A DNA stretch of 64,000 nt, taken from positions 1,664,001-1,728,000 of the forward strand of contig CAWIGG010000002.1 of NCBI GenBank assembly GCA_963835575.1, in the 5' to 3' direction. This DNA is from an uncultured Spirochaetota bacterium (GTDB lineage Bacteria; Spirochaetota; Brevinematia; Brevinematales; JAOACQ01). A model generated the notes under the pieces. It was not told the origin of the DNA, searched no databases, and saw nothing but the letters and a program-made list of their open reading frames with translations. The translations under genes and the position numbers were made by a program. Shown here piece by piece: positions 19,022-28,491 of this stretch (its first letter is position 1; the number at the start of each line of letters is the position of its first letter).

Positions 19022-19921
19022 ATGCGGAAAGCACCTAAAATTATTATTAAAAAACGGGGAAACGCTTTAGGTTTTTTAATTTTCCGGACAGCCTTGAAAC
19101 TATTGGGATTGCGCGTTACATATTTTATGCTTTATTTTTTGTGTTTGTATTATCTTTTGTTTGACCGTCAAGCGGTCACCGGCGCATCAGCGTACTTAAA
19201 AAGAAGATTTCCCCACAGTAATTATTTCCATTTGCGCCTGCATATATACAGACTTTTTATCAGTCAGGGCAAGCAGCTGCTTGACCGTTACGCGGCAGTT
19301 TCCGGAGCTGTAAATTTCGACACAACACTGGAAGGCAGTGAGAATCTGCAGGAACTATTAAATGCCAGAAAAGAGGGATTTATTTTATTGACTGCTCATG
19401 TCGGCAACTGGCAGACCGCTTTAATGACGTTAAAAAATTTAAAACGAAACGTATACTTATTAATGCGGCCGGAAGACAATCCGGAGATTGAGAAATCATT
19501 AGGCATTAGAAAAAAAAACGATCATATACATATTATATCCCCTGAAGAAGGGCCTGATGGAATAATCAAAATTATGAGCGCAGTTAAAGAAGGCGGCGTT
19601 GTGTCTATTATGGGAGACCGCAAATATAACTTTGAAGCCTTAGGCGCCGAGTTTCTCAAAGATACCGCTTATTTCCCTTATGGCCCGTTTTCTATAGCGG
19701 CCGCGTTGAATTGCCCGATGGTTGTTCTCCTGTCAGCCAGAGTTTCGTATAAGAAATATCTTGTCGATGTGAGAAATGTTTTGTATCCAGTCTATAATCG
19801 CCCTGATAAAAAGAAGGAACAGCTGAGGGTATTTATACAGCAGTTTGCAAGGGTATTAGAAAATTATACCCAAAATTACCCTTATCAATGTTTTTTATTT
19901 CACGATATATGGAAAAACTAA
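19022..19921 (+). CDS. LpxL-like (lipid A lauroyltransferase family) acyltransferase
   Basis: LLTAHVGNW, MGDR, FP.GPF..AA, YPYQ.F.F.D.W. Confidence 0.82.
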   Translation: MRKAPKIIIKKRGNALGFLIFRTALKLLGLRVTYFMLYFLCLYYLLFDRQAVTGASAYLKRRFPHSNYFHLRLHIYRLFISQGKQLLDRYAAVSGAVNFDTTLEGSENLQELLNARKEGFILLTAHVGNWQTALMTLKNLKRNVYLLMRPEDNPEIEKSLGIRKKNDHIHIISPEEGPDGIIKIMSAVKEGGVVSIMGDRKYNFEALGAEFLKDTAYFPYGPFSIAAALNCPMVVLLSARVSYKKYLVDVRNVLYPVYNRPDKKKEQLRVFIQQFARVLENYTQNYPYQCFLFHDIWKN

Positions 19922-19934
19922 AAAGGAGAAGAAA

Positions 19935-20216
19935 ATGGCAGATCCCAAAGAACAACAGCTGGCTGAGATCCGCACAAAAATCAAAGAGCTTTTAGTGAGT
20001 CATTTATCATTACAAAATGTCAAACCCGCAGACATTAAAGATGATGAAATTCTTTTTGGCGAAGGGCTTGGCCTTGATTCCTTAGACGCTGTCGAGATTG
20101 TGGTTCTTTTACAAAGGAATTTTGGCCTGCAAATTAAGGATATGAATGAAGGCACAAAAATTTTCTATTCCATTGATACATTATCACGTTATGTTCTGGA
20201 AAACTGGAAAAAATAA
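19935..20216 (+). CDS. Acyl carrier protein 1
   Basis: LFGEGLGLDSLDAVE phosphopantetheine motif. Confidence 0.93.
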   Translation: MADPKEQQLAEIRTKIKELLVSHLSLQNVKPADIKDDEILFGEGLGLDSLDAVEIVVLLQRNFGLQIKDMNEGTKIFYSIDTLSRYVLENWKK

Positions 20217-20218
20217 AC

Positions 20219-21388
20219 ATGGATAACGGTAATGCAGTAATATCCGGGATGGGTGCGATTTCAGCCTGCGGTAATACAATCAGCGAAACCCTGGATGCAT
20301 TTACAGAAAATAAAAGACATGGCGGACCGGTATCCTTATTCCAGACTAACCTATCGTATCCGGTTTTTGAAGTTAAAGACCTGCCAAAATTTAACACTAA
20401 CTCTATGCGTTCATTGGATCTGACCGTAGCGGCGGTAAACCAGGCCGTTGAAGAAAGCGGGCTGACCGATTCGCTTAAGAGCTTCCGTATTGGAGTGTGT
20501 CTGGGCACAACTGTAGCCAGCCAATTAAATGATACTGATTTTTACCGTCAATATAAATCTACGGGAAGCGCGCCGATGAATTCGGTTGACCGGTATCTTA
20601 ACGGCAACCTGGCTGATGCGGTTGCCGAATACCTTGGTATTAAAGGGCCGCGGTGCACAGTTGTAAACGCCTGTTCTTCCGGCACCGACGCGATCGGCGT
20701 TGGGTTATCATGGCTCAGGACTGATTTAAGCGATATAGTAATCTGCGGTGGAGCGGATGAACTGAACAGGGTCCCATATACAGGTTTCGGCTCGCTGGGT
20801 GTCGTCAGCGATTCTTTATGCAGACCTTTTGATAAAGAACGTTCCGGTTTAAACCTGGGCGAAGGCGCCGGGATCGTCATTATAGAAAAAGAGGATGTTA
20901 TCAATAAACGCGGGAAAAAAACAGATCTTTTCATTAATGGATACGGCCTGGCCTGCGACGCATATCATTTGACAGCGCCGCGCCCCGACGGCAGCGGCCT
21001 CAAAAATGCTCTTTCCAGGGCGCTTAAGGAAGCAGGGATTACTCCTGAACAGGTTTCATTTATTAATGCTCATGGAACAGCAACTAAAGACAATGACAAA
21101 GTTGAAGGCCGCGTATTATCTGCTGTTTTCGGTTCAAAGGTCAAATTTCTTTCAACAAAAGGTTTTACAGGACATACTTTAGGCGCCGCCGGCGGATTAG
21201 AAGCGGTATTTACCGCGCTAGGATTACGGTATGGCTGGATACCTGCGAGCCCTGGTTTTAACACCCTGGATGATGATATCGGTATTGCGCCGGTCAATCA
21301 AAAAACCGGGATTACGGGCAGTTACGCGGTTTCAACATCATTAGCGTTCGGCGGGAATAATTCCGCTTTAGTAATTTCGAGGAAATAA
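20219..21388 (+). CDS. Beta-ketoacyl-ACP synthase (KS1)
   Basis: NACSSG, NAHGTAT, GHTLGAAG, AFGGNN (Cys-His-His intact). Confidence 0.93.
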   Translation: MDNGNAVISGMGAISACGNTISETLDAFTENKRHGGPVSLFQTNLSYPVFEVKDLPKFNTNSMRSLDLTVAAVNQAVEESGLTDSLKSFRIGVCLGTTVASQLNDTDFYRQYKSTGSAPMNSVDRYLNGNLADAVAEYLGIKGPRCTVVNACSSGTDAIGVGLSWLRTDLSDIVICGGADELNRVPYTGFGSLGVVSDSLCRPFDKERSGLNLGEGAGIVIIEKEDVINKRGKKTDLFINGYGLACDAYHLTAPRPDGSGLKNALSRALKEAGITPEQVSFINAHGTATKDNDKVEGRVLSAVFGSKVKFLSTKGFTGHTLGAAGGLEAVFTALGLRYGWIPASPGFNTLDDDIGIAPVNQKTGITGSYAVSTSLAFGGNNSALVISRK

Positions 21389-21389
21389 T

Positions 21390-22412
21390 ATGAATATCAG
21401 CGGCATAGGAATTGTTTGTCATCGCGGGCGCGGCATTGAAAATCTGCAGAAGGCATTGATTGAAGGCTGGAAAAAGCCTTATCAGGCTTATTATGTGCCC
21501 GCTGAAGCAATGAATGACAGCAATGTATTGAAAGAAATGCGCCGAGCGGACGATTTAAGCAAAATGGCATGCATTGCCGCATATGATGCATTTGCCGACA
21601 GCGGACTCGGCCAGGAAGAAAAACTTTCCATGGGAATTATTCTAGCGACTGCCTTCGGGCCGCACCCGACTACATTCCGCTTTCTTGATGATATAATAAA
21701 ATATGGGGATTCTCAGGTATCGCCGACTATATTTTCTCATTCAGTCCATAATGCCGCTTTGTCCTATGTTTCATACGCATTGCAAAGCAGGGGCCCGACT
21801 TTAACCATTACTCAATTCGCCCATTCATTTCATCAAGCCGTGTCCCTGGCGGAAGCCTGGTTAAATGAAGGCCGCTGTGATTACATATTAGTCGGTACTG
21901 CCGACCAATATGGGACAGTGATGAGCTACATATGCGGCCAAAAATTGAAAATCGCCGATGACGGCATCATCCGGCCTTTTTTATTCGCATCCGGCCCTGC
22001 CGCTGTTCCCGGAGAGGGCAGTGTGTTTTTTTTATTAACGAATAAAGAAACAAAAAAGTATGCGGCAATAAAAGCCTTATCAGCCGAAATTTCCGGCGGG
22101 GAACCGGATATGTGTATTTTAGACTGCGATGGTATGACGGGAAATGAGGAGAGATATATTCCGGTCAAGAAAACCAATTCACTTGTATCCAGCTATACGC
22201 CGCTGTTCGGCAGCATGCTTACCGGCAATAGCTTTAGCTGCGCCGTATCCGCTTTGATGTTAAAGAACCAGTATTGCTATGCCGCGCCGGTAAAAGACAA
22301 TCCGCATAGTCTCAATTTGTGCGTTTCGTCCGGACCGGAAGCCTTGAATAAAATTAATTGTCTGAAGTACGGCTGTAAAGGCGAGAAAATCGAATTTTCA
22401 TTGACGCGGTAG
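21390..22412 (+). CDS. Ketosynthase chain-length-factor-like partner (CLF1)
   Basis: MRRADDLSKMA and SPTIFSHSVHNA; catalytic Cys/His motifs absent. Confidence 0.8.
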   Translation: MNISGIGIVCHRGRGIENLQKALIEGWKKPYQAYYVPAEAMNDSNVLKEMRRADDLSKMACIAAYDAFADSGLGQEEKLSMGIILATAFGPHPTTFRFLDDIIKYGDSQVSPTIFSHSVHNAALSYVSYALQSRGPTLTITQFAHSFHQAVSLAEAWLNEGRCDYILVGTADQYGTVMSYICGQKLKIADDGIIRPFLFASGPAAVPGEGSVFFLLTNKETKKYAAIKALSAEISGGEPDMCILDCDGMTGNEERYIPVKKTNSLVSSYTPLFGSMLTGNSFSCAVSALMLKNQYCYAAPVKDNPHSLNLCVSSGPEALNKINCLKYGCKGEKIEFSLTR

Positions 22413-22424
22413 GAATTAAAGGGT

Positions 22425-23768
22425 TTATCTTTTTCTGGTTTTAAGCAGGAGATCCCATAAAGGCCCTCTCATCCCCGAGTTATGAAGGAACCTGTTTCTT
22501 TCAGCGAATCCAGTCCAGGGGAATACCCAGCTTCTTTTTTCTTTAAAAGATTCTATAAGATAATTGTTCAGCCACTTTATATCAATTTCAGGCGAGAAAT
22601 AATATTTTTCCTGTTGAAACAAAACGCTTTCATCCGGTATCAATCCTTCCTTTTTCGCCAGCTCACAAATACCGGTATTTGGAAAAATCCGTACTCCCAT
22701 TCCTCCCAATACGACGCAGAATTCCAGCTCCGACAAATTTTTTATCCCTTCGCGCACAGTTTCACTGGTTTCGGCCGGTCCTCCAAATATGATAAAATGC
22801 GAGCCGGGGATTTCATATTCTGCAAAAAGATTATTGGCCAGCCTGACATCATCCCAATGAAAATTCTTCTTCATCCCCTTAAGAGTACGGTCGCTCGAAC
22901 AGTCTGTCCCCCATTCCACACAATGCAGGCCTGTCCGCTTCATCAGCAGGACTTCATCCCTGTTAAACTTTGCCGGCCTCATATAACATGTCCAGGGGAT
23001 GGACATCTCCCTGCGGGCCATTTCTTCCATAATTAATAAATACTGATTATTTTCATCGTTAAACACTGAATCTGTAAAAAATATAAAATCGGCGGCATGC
23101 CGGTTTATTAAATACTCTATTTCATCAACCACACACTCCGGCTGCCGGAAAATATAACTATTACCTTCCAGGCTTGGGTAGGAACAGTACAAACATTGAT
23201 GCGGGCAGCCTCTTTTTGAGTAAATATTAAGCATTCCACCCTGCTTCAGGTAGAATTCGGACAGCCGCTTTTCACGATCAAGAAAATAATCATTTTCTCC
23301 CGAATGATCTGTTGCCCCATGAATAACCGGATTTACAGGGGGATTTTTATCTTCCAATTGCTCAATAAGTTTCGGAAGACTTATCTCTCCCGGGCCGATG
23401 ATCCCGTAATCTGCTCCCAGATATTCAAGAAATTTCTCGGGAAAAATTGTATAAGCGGTTCCGCCTAAAATAATTGGAACATCAATCTTTTTTTTTATTT
23501 TTTCAATGATAGATTTGTATTGAACTATAAATGAATGAGGATCATTAAAATTTACATTATCTATATTCCTCATCGATAAAGCGATATAGTCCGGTTTAAA
23601 CTCCGATAGGATATTATCTATAGATTTTTCACCATCAACCAATAAATCAATTAATTCCGTCTCATGCCCTGATTCTTTCACGGCGGACGCAACCAGATTC
23701 GCTCCCAGAGGATAAACAGGATAGGGATCATCCATCAAGTTAGCGGATATCATCAATAATTTAGCCAT
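22425..23768 (-). CDS. Lipid-biosynthesis-type B12-binding radical SAM protein (island copy 2)
   Basis: LMISAN..DPYPVYPLG, SMRNIDN, KRGCPHQCLYC, FTDSVFN; resembles the TIGR04072-type family as recalled, not searched. Confidence 0.85.
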   Translation of the reverse strand: MAKLLMISANLMDDPYPVYPLGANLVASAVKESGHETELIDLLVDGEKSIDNILSEFKPDYIALSMRNIDNVNFNDPHSFIVQYKSIIEKIKKKIDVPIILGGTAYTIFPEKFLEYLGADYGIIGPGEISLPKLIEQLEDKNPPVNPVIHGATDHSGENDYFLDREKRLSEFYLKQGGMLNIYSKRGCPHQCLYCSYPSLEGNSYIFRQPECVVDEIEYLINRHAADFIFFTDSVFNDENNQYLLIMEEMARREMSIPWTCYMRPAKFNRDEVLLMKRTGLHCVEWGTDCSSDRTLKGMKKNFHWDDVRLANNLFAEYEIPGSHFIIFGGPAETSETVREGIKNLSELEFCVVLGGMGVRIFPNTGICELAKKEGLIPDESVLFQQEKYYFSPEIDIKWLNNYLIESFKEKRSWVFPWTGFAERNRFLHNSGMRGPLWDLLLKTRKR

Positions 23769-23774
23769 ATTTAA

Positions 23775-24440
23775 TTACTCAAACAATACTGAGAAATTTG
23801 TATTTTTGTTTAATGTTAATTCTGCTTTCGCTGTACCGGTATTATCTGATGACAAAACGGAAAACGCGGCACCTTTTGGAAATTTCTCGTTTTCTTTAAT
23901 GCTTTTCGCCACTTCCACCCATCCTGTTAATACTATTCTGCATTGACCGGATTCCAGTAAGGAAAGAGAAGAATAAAGAACATCCATGCCCAGATGTGCC
24001 GGATCATTCCCTACGCAGAAAGAAGGGCCGGTAAAGTTAAAAAATACGGCAATTTCTCCTAAGGCGACATTTGGAAGAGTGTACGAAAAAAGATTCGGTC
24101 TTGAAAAGGCCCCCTTCTCCTCCTGAGTAGACTCAAAAAAGGATATATCATTATCATAAACACCGGTCCGGCTTCCAGCTATAATTCCGATATTCTCTTT
24201 TTCTTTTCTCTGAAGAAGCCCGGCGTCTTTTAAAGCGAGAACCGCGGAAGAAAAACAAACCCTTGTATAAATGTCAAAACGTCCGAATCTGGGCGGCAGC
24301 TCTTTTATATAATTTTGCAGTTCAGGATATTTAAAATCCACCGAATCATTAGAAAACTGCGGTTTCGATCCGAAAAATCCGTAACCCAGAGATGAGAGCC
24401 AGCCGCTTCCCAGAACATAAAATTTAGTATTTTTTATCAT
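23775..24440 (-). CDS. Short ketosynthase-like (CLF-type) protein (CLF2)
   Basis: RFGRFD, SRPNLFSYTLPNVALGEI; no catalytic triad. Confidence 0.75.
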   Translation of the reverse strand: MIKNTKFYVLGSGWLSSLGYGFFGSKPQFSNDSVDFKYPELQNYIKELPPRFGRFDIYTRVCFSSAVLALKDAGLLQRKEKENIGIIAGSRTGVYDNDISFFESTQEEKGAFSRPNLFSYTLPNVALGEIAVFFNFTGPSFCVGNDPAHLGMDVLYSSLSLLESGQCRIVLTGWVEVAKSIKENEKFPKGAAFSVLSSDNTGTAKAELTLNKNTNFSVLFE

Positions 24441-25543
24441 GATATATTTTCCATTAAAACAGCGGCATTAATTCCGCCGAAACCTGAGTTGCTGGTCAAT
24501 ATATTCTTCCCCGGGAAAATAGTTTTATTGATAACTATCTTCGGGGATTCCGGTGTTACACATCCTACTGTAGGCGGTATAATCCTCTCTGAAAGGCATT
24601 TCCCGCATAGAGCAATTTCAATCCCCCCGGCTGCCCCGAGACTATGGCCTATTGCCCCCTTCACGCCAAACATCGGTGGGAAGTTATCACCGAATAAAGT
24701 CTCCGCCGCTAATAATTCCATTGAGTCATTATATCGAGTCCCTGTTCCATGCGCGCAAAACGCCTGGACATTTTCCGGCTTAAGTCCGGACATTACAATT
24801 GACTGCCGTAATGCTTTCTCCAATCCGGCTCCGTCTCTGGAAGGACCTGTAATATGATTGGCGTCATTAGTAATACCATATCCGGACACGAGGATATCCG
24901 ACTGCCGTTCCGCCGATAAATACAGCGCCGCGGCCCCGTCCCCTAATGTCAAGCCGTTTCTATTAACATCAAAAGGCATGCAGACATCTTCCGTCATCGC
25001 TTTTAAAGATGCAAAGCCGTAGTAAACAAACCGGCTGACAATATCCGCGCCAGCGACCAGGATATGGTCATACCTTCCCTCTGCAATAAATTGAGCTGCC
25101 ATGATCACTCCGGCAGTTGAAGAAGCGCAAGCGGCATTGATTTCCATACCGCCGTTGTTTAATCCCATTGTACTGCTTAACCAGCGGCGAAAATCATATG
25201 CGGAAGAATACCGCGGCATTTTTGAGCCGTTATAAAGGCTTTCAATAGTTTCAATATTATTTTTAATCCCTGTCCATATCACATAAGTGCCGGCAGGTAA
25301 TTTCGGAAAACCGGAAAGGCATTCTTCCATTAAATGCTGAGTTAAATTTTCCCGGGTCTCAGATAGATCTCTTTTATATAAAGACAAGCCTGTATTTACA
25401 AGTAATGAATTATTAAAATGTTCTTTTTTTATGATACTGGATTGGTTATTGAGAATTGATTCCCAGGTCTGGTCATAAGATCCCAATCCGGTTGCTATTG
25501 CAGAGTAATTTAAGAAAACATCCCTCTTCATTTCAAACACCAA
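24437..25543 (-). CDS. Beta-ketoacyl-ACP synthase (KS2)
   Basis: AACASS, AHGTGT.YND, GHSLGAAG, SGFGGIN. Confidence 0.9.
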   Translation of the reverse strand: MVFEMKRDVFLNYSAIATGLGSYDQTWESILNNQSSIIKKEHFNNSLLVNTGLSLYKRDLSETRENLTQHLMEECLSGFPKLPAGTYVIWTGIKNNIETIESLYNGSKMPRYSSAYDFRRWLSSTMGLNNGGMEINAACASSTAGVIMAAQFIAEGRYDHILVAGADIVSRFVYYGFASLKAMTEDVCMPFDVNRNGLTLGDGAAALYLSAERQSDILVSGYGITNDANHITGPSRDGAGLEKALRQSIVMSGLKPENVQAFCAHGTGTRYNDSMELLAAETLFGDNFPPMFGVKGAIGHSLGAAGGIEIALCGKCLSERIIPPTVGCVTPESPKIVINKTIFPGKNILTSNSGFGGINAAVLMENIS

Positions 25544-25995
25544 TCATCCCATTTCCGAATGAATTTCTCGGCAAAATCCGGCCTTAACAGCATGGGTTTA
25601 CCGGTAAAATCCGTATAGAGCTGCACGGTATAACCCTTCACAGAAAGAATACCGTTTTCCGAATAAATCTCATAACTCATATTCATTTTGGCAGCTTCTG
25701 TCCAGTGGCAGCTTGTCTTGATCCGGAATAATTCATCATATTGAAGCGGGTAGAAATAGTCAATGTGGATCTGCACAATCGGCATGGCAAAACCGTTCTT
25801 CGCCATGTCATGATAAGTGAACCCGAACTTCCGGCCCCATTCATTCCGCCCTTGCTCGAAATAACTGGCATACCGCCCATGCCAGACTATCCTTAAGCTG
25901 TCCACTTCATCGAACTGAACTCTTCGAAAACATTCGGCAGTCAGAGGATGTTTCTCGTCAGGTGAAAAATAAAAATTACTTCTTCTATGAGTCAT
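25528..25995 (-). CDS. Acyl-CoA/ACP thioesterase (4HBT/YbgC hotdog fold)
   Basis: VQFDEVDSLRIVWHGRYASYFEQGR. Confidence 0.88.
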   Translation of the reverse strand: MTHRRSNFYFSPDEKHPLTAECFRRVQFDEVDSLRIVWHGRYASYFEQGRNEWGRKFGFTYHDMAKNGFAMPIVQIHIDYFYPLQYDELFRIKTSCHWTEAAKMNMSYEIYSENGILSVKGYTVQLYTDFTGKPMLLRPDFAEKFIRKWDDWCLK

Positions 25996-26000
25996 TATAA

Positions 26001-26366
26001 CTATCCTTTATTAAAACATCCGCTATAACGGGATATTTCCCTGTCATTCTCTCCCTTGAATGATGCTGAAAAAGAAATGAGAGAATCATTACTCTTATCA
26101 ATTTTTAAATTACAGGAAATAATCTGATTAGGAAGCACCACTCCGCTGATTTTCATTTTTTTTATATTTTTAAAAACAACTGCTTGTTCCATAAATAATT
26201 CTAATGCCAGATTACCGATTTCCAGAAGCATGATCCCGGGTAATATTGGATTTTCAGGGAAATGGCCGTCGAACGCTTCAAAATCTTCCGGAATGGCCAT
26301 TTTAAAAGATATAAAATCATCGCCGATTTCCATACCGTTTATATAAGAATACAGTTTTTTATGCAT
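26001..26366 (-). CDS. FabZ/FabA-like dehydratase hotdog domain (possibly C-terminal half of a split gene)
   Basis: FDGHFPENPILPGI motif. Confidence 0.8.
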   Translation of the reverse strand: MHKKLYSYINGMEIGDDFISFKMAIPEDFEAFDGHFPENPILPGIMLLEIGNLALELFMEQAVVFKNIKKMKISGVVLPNQIISCNLKIDKSNDSLISFSASFKGENDREISRYSGCFNKG

Positions 26367-26443
26367 ACTTGAGGTTAGATAGGCCGGCGGCTGTTTATCA
26401 TTTGTTATTATATTATTTTTCTGAATGGATTGGCTTTTAGCGG

Positions 26444-26884
26444 TTAATAAATTAAAATCCGATAAATTCTAACTTCATATATCTTTGTTACCAGCTCAGC
26501 GATTTTCCCGCCGTCCCTATGAATTATCCCCCGAATAAACTTTACCTGGGAAATTTCTTCCGAAAGGAATCCTTTTATAGTCAATAAATCGCCTGAATTG
26601 ACCGTCTGATAAAACTCTGCTTCCTGAACACCGACAAATAAGCCTTTTACCGTTTTTTTATTATGGAACTTTTCATTATATCCCTGGATAGCAGCGACAA
26701 GCTGATTCACATACTCTATCAGAACACTATTGGATAATTGTTTATTATAATTTAAAAATATATTATCCGGATTGATAATTGCAGAACCTTCCCCATCTTC
26801 TATTTTTGATTTTATCAGTATTTCATCAAAACCCATTTTTCCTTTCTGGGGTATCAAATCCCTGATCTGGCATGGAAGACTCAT
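26444..26884 (-). CDS. Hotdog-fold dehydratase-like protein (possibly N-terminal half of a split gene)
   Basis: LIPQKGKM, LIEYVNQLVAA, GLFVGV. Confidence 0.7.
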   Translation of the reverse strand: MSLPCQIRDLIPQKGKMGFDEILIKSKIEDGEGSAIINPDNIFLNYNKQLSNSVLIEYVNQLVAAIQGYNEKFHNKKTVKGLFVGVQEAEFYQTVNSGDLLTIKGFLSEEISQVKFIRGIIHRDGGKIAELVTKIYEVRIYRILIY

Positions 26885-26897
26885 TTAATTATTCCCC

Positions 26898-28490
26898 TTA
26901 AATTTCAAAAATATCCCTGTGATTCAATATGTCTTTTTCAAATATTAAATCCAGAAAGTTAGTCAGCATATCATGGAAAACTGTTTTGCCGTTATAAACT
27001 GTAAAGTGAGAGACCAGCTTTTTATAATAACCGGATATCCCTTTTCCCATTTTAGACGGATCTTTGAAAGACATTGCCTGTAAATCAGCCAATATTTCCA
27101 ATGTGAGAATGTACTTCAGATTGCATACCTGTGTATATACTTTTCGCGCGGCGACAGTTCCCATACTGACAACATCCTGATTGGATGAATTACATGAGAT
27201 ATTATTTGTGCTGACCGGGTTTGCCAGCTGCCGGTTTTCCGCTGTGGTGGACGTGGCAAGATATTGCGCTCCCATAAATCCCATGTCGAGCCCCCTTATA
27301 CCGCTGATTAAATACTCGGGCAGCTCTCCATTTAACTTGCTGTCCAATAATGTATTTAATCTTCTTTCAGAGATATTCGACATTGTAGAGAGGGCAATTG
27401 CCAGACTATCCATATAAAATCCAATACTCTGTCCATGGAAGTTTCCGCCATGCAGTATCTTATTTTCTTCAGGAATGATAATAGGATTATCATTGGATGA
27501 ATTCGCTTCCAGGACAACAATATTTTCCGCTGTCTCTATCGCTTCATAAACCGGGGCCAAAACTTGCGGAGTACATCTTATGGAGTAAACATTTTGAATA
27601 AATATGCTGGTTTCAAAAACATGATCATCTCCATTTGCTTCTTCCCTGATAATCTCATGTAAATCAGACCGGTTGACAACATTTTTGGAACCCGCGACCA
27701 GCTCTCTTAAAATTTTAGCGATTTTTATCTGTCCCCGGTGGGGTTTGAGTTGATGGAGCGTTTCATCCAGGAAATCGCTGATACTGTTAAATATTTCTAT
27801 TGAAAAAGCCGCGGCAATGCATTCCACCGCCAGAGCATGTTTCGCATGATAAACCGCAAACGCTGCGATTGCGGTCATTACCGATGTCCCGTTGATCAGG
27901 GCAATACCTTCTTTTAAACCCAGTTTAAAAGGCTTTAATTTTGTCAGCCGGAAAGCTTCTTCTGCTTTTATTAATTTACCTTTATAAAAAACCTGCCCTT
28001 CCCCGATTAACATGAGAGCCAGATGGGAAAGATGGATCAAATCGCCGGAAGCTCCGACGCTTCCCCGGCTGGGAATATAGGGGGCTATCTGGTGATTTAT
28101 CACTTCGGTCATAAATTCCAATAATTCCACGCGGACCCCTGAATACCCTTTTATTAAAGAATTAAGCCGTACAGCGACAGCGGCCAGGGCGATGGTATGA
28201 TGAATGGGTTCCCCTAATCCGGCAGCATGGCTCCGGACAAGGTTTTCCTGAAGAAGCTCAATAGAATCATCATGAACTATTTTATTGCACATGGAACCAA
28301 ATGAGGTATTAACTCCATAAACAATATTTCCATCTTTAATCTTTTTCAGGAGGAATTCCCTGCTGGCCCTGCATTTTTCTAATGAGTTCTTGTTCAAAGC
28401 AGCTTGCTTTTCACCGGATCCAATCGCTACAATATCATCTATAGTAAGATTATCTCCGTCCAAAATAACAGATTTGTTCTGATTGTTCAT
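26898..28490 (-). CDS. Aromatic amino-acid ammonia-lyase (MIO; HAL/TAL family)
   Basis: YGVNTSFG, NLVRSH, GSVGASGDL (MIO ASG), INGTS, YSIRC.PQ, GGNFHG, NQDVVSMG. Confidence 0.93.
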   Translation of the reverse strand: MNNQNKSVILDGDNLTIDDIVAIGSGEKQAALNKNSLEKCRASREFLLKKIKDGNIVYGVNTSFGSMCNKIVHDDSIELLQENLVRSHAAGLGEPIHHTIALAAVAVRLNSLIKGYSGVRVELLEFMTEVINHQIAPYIPSRGSVGASGDLIHLSHLALMLIGEGQVFYKGKLIKAEEAFRLTKLKPFKLGLKEGIALINGTSVMTAIAAFAVYHAKHALAVECIAAAFSIEIFNSISDFLDETLHQLKPHRGQIKIAKILRELVAGSKNVVNRSDLHEIIREEANGDDHVFETSIFIQNVYSIRCTPQVLAPVYEAIETAENIVVLEANSSNDNPIIIPEENKILHGGNFHGQSIGFYMDSLAIALSTMSNISERRLNTLLDSKLNGELPEYLISGIRGLDMGFMGAQYLATSTTAENRQLANPVSTNNISCNSSNQDVVSMGTVAARKVYTQVCNLKYILTLEILADLQAMSFKDPSKMGKGISGYYKKLVSHFTVYNGKTVFHDMLTNFLDLIFEKDILNHRDIFEI

Positions 28491-28491
28491 A

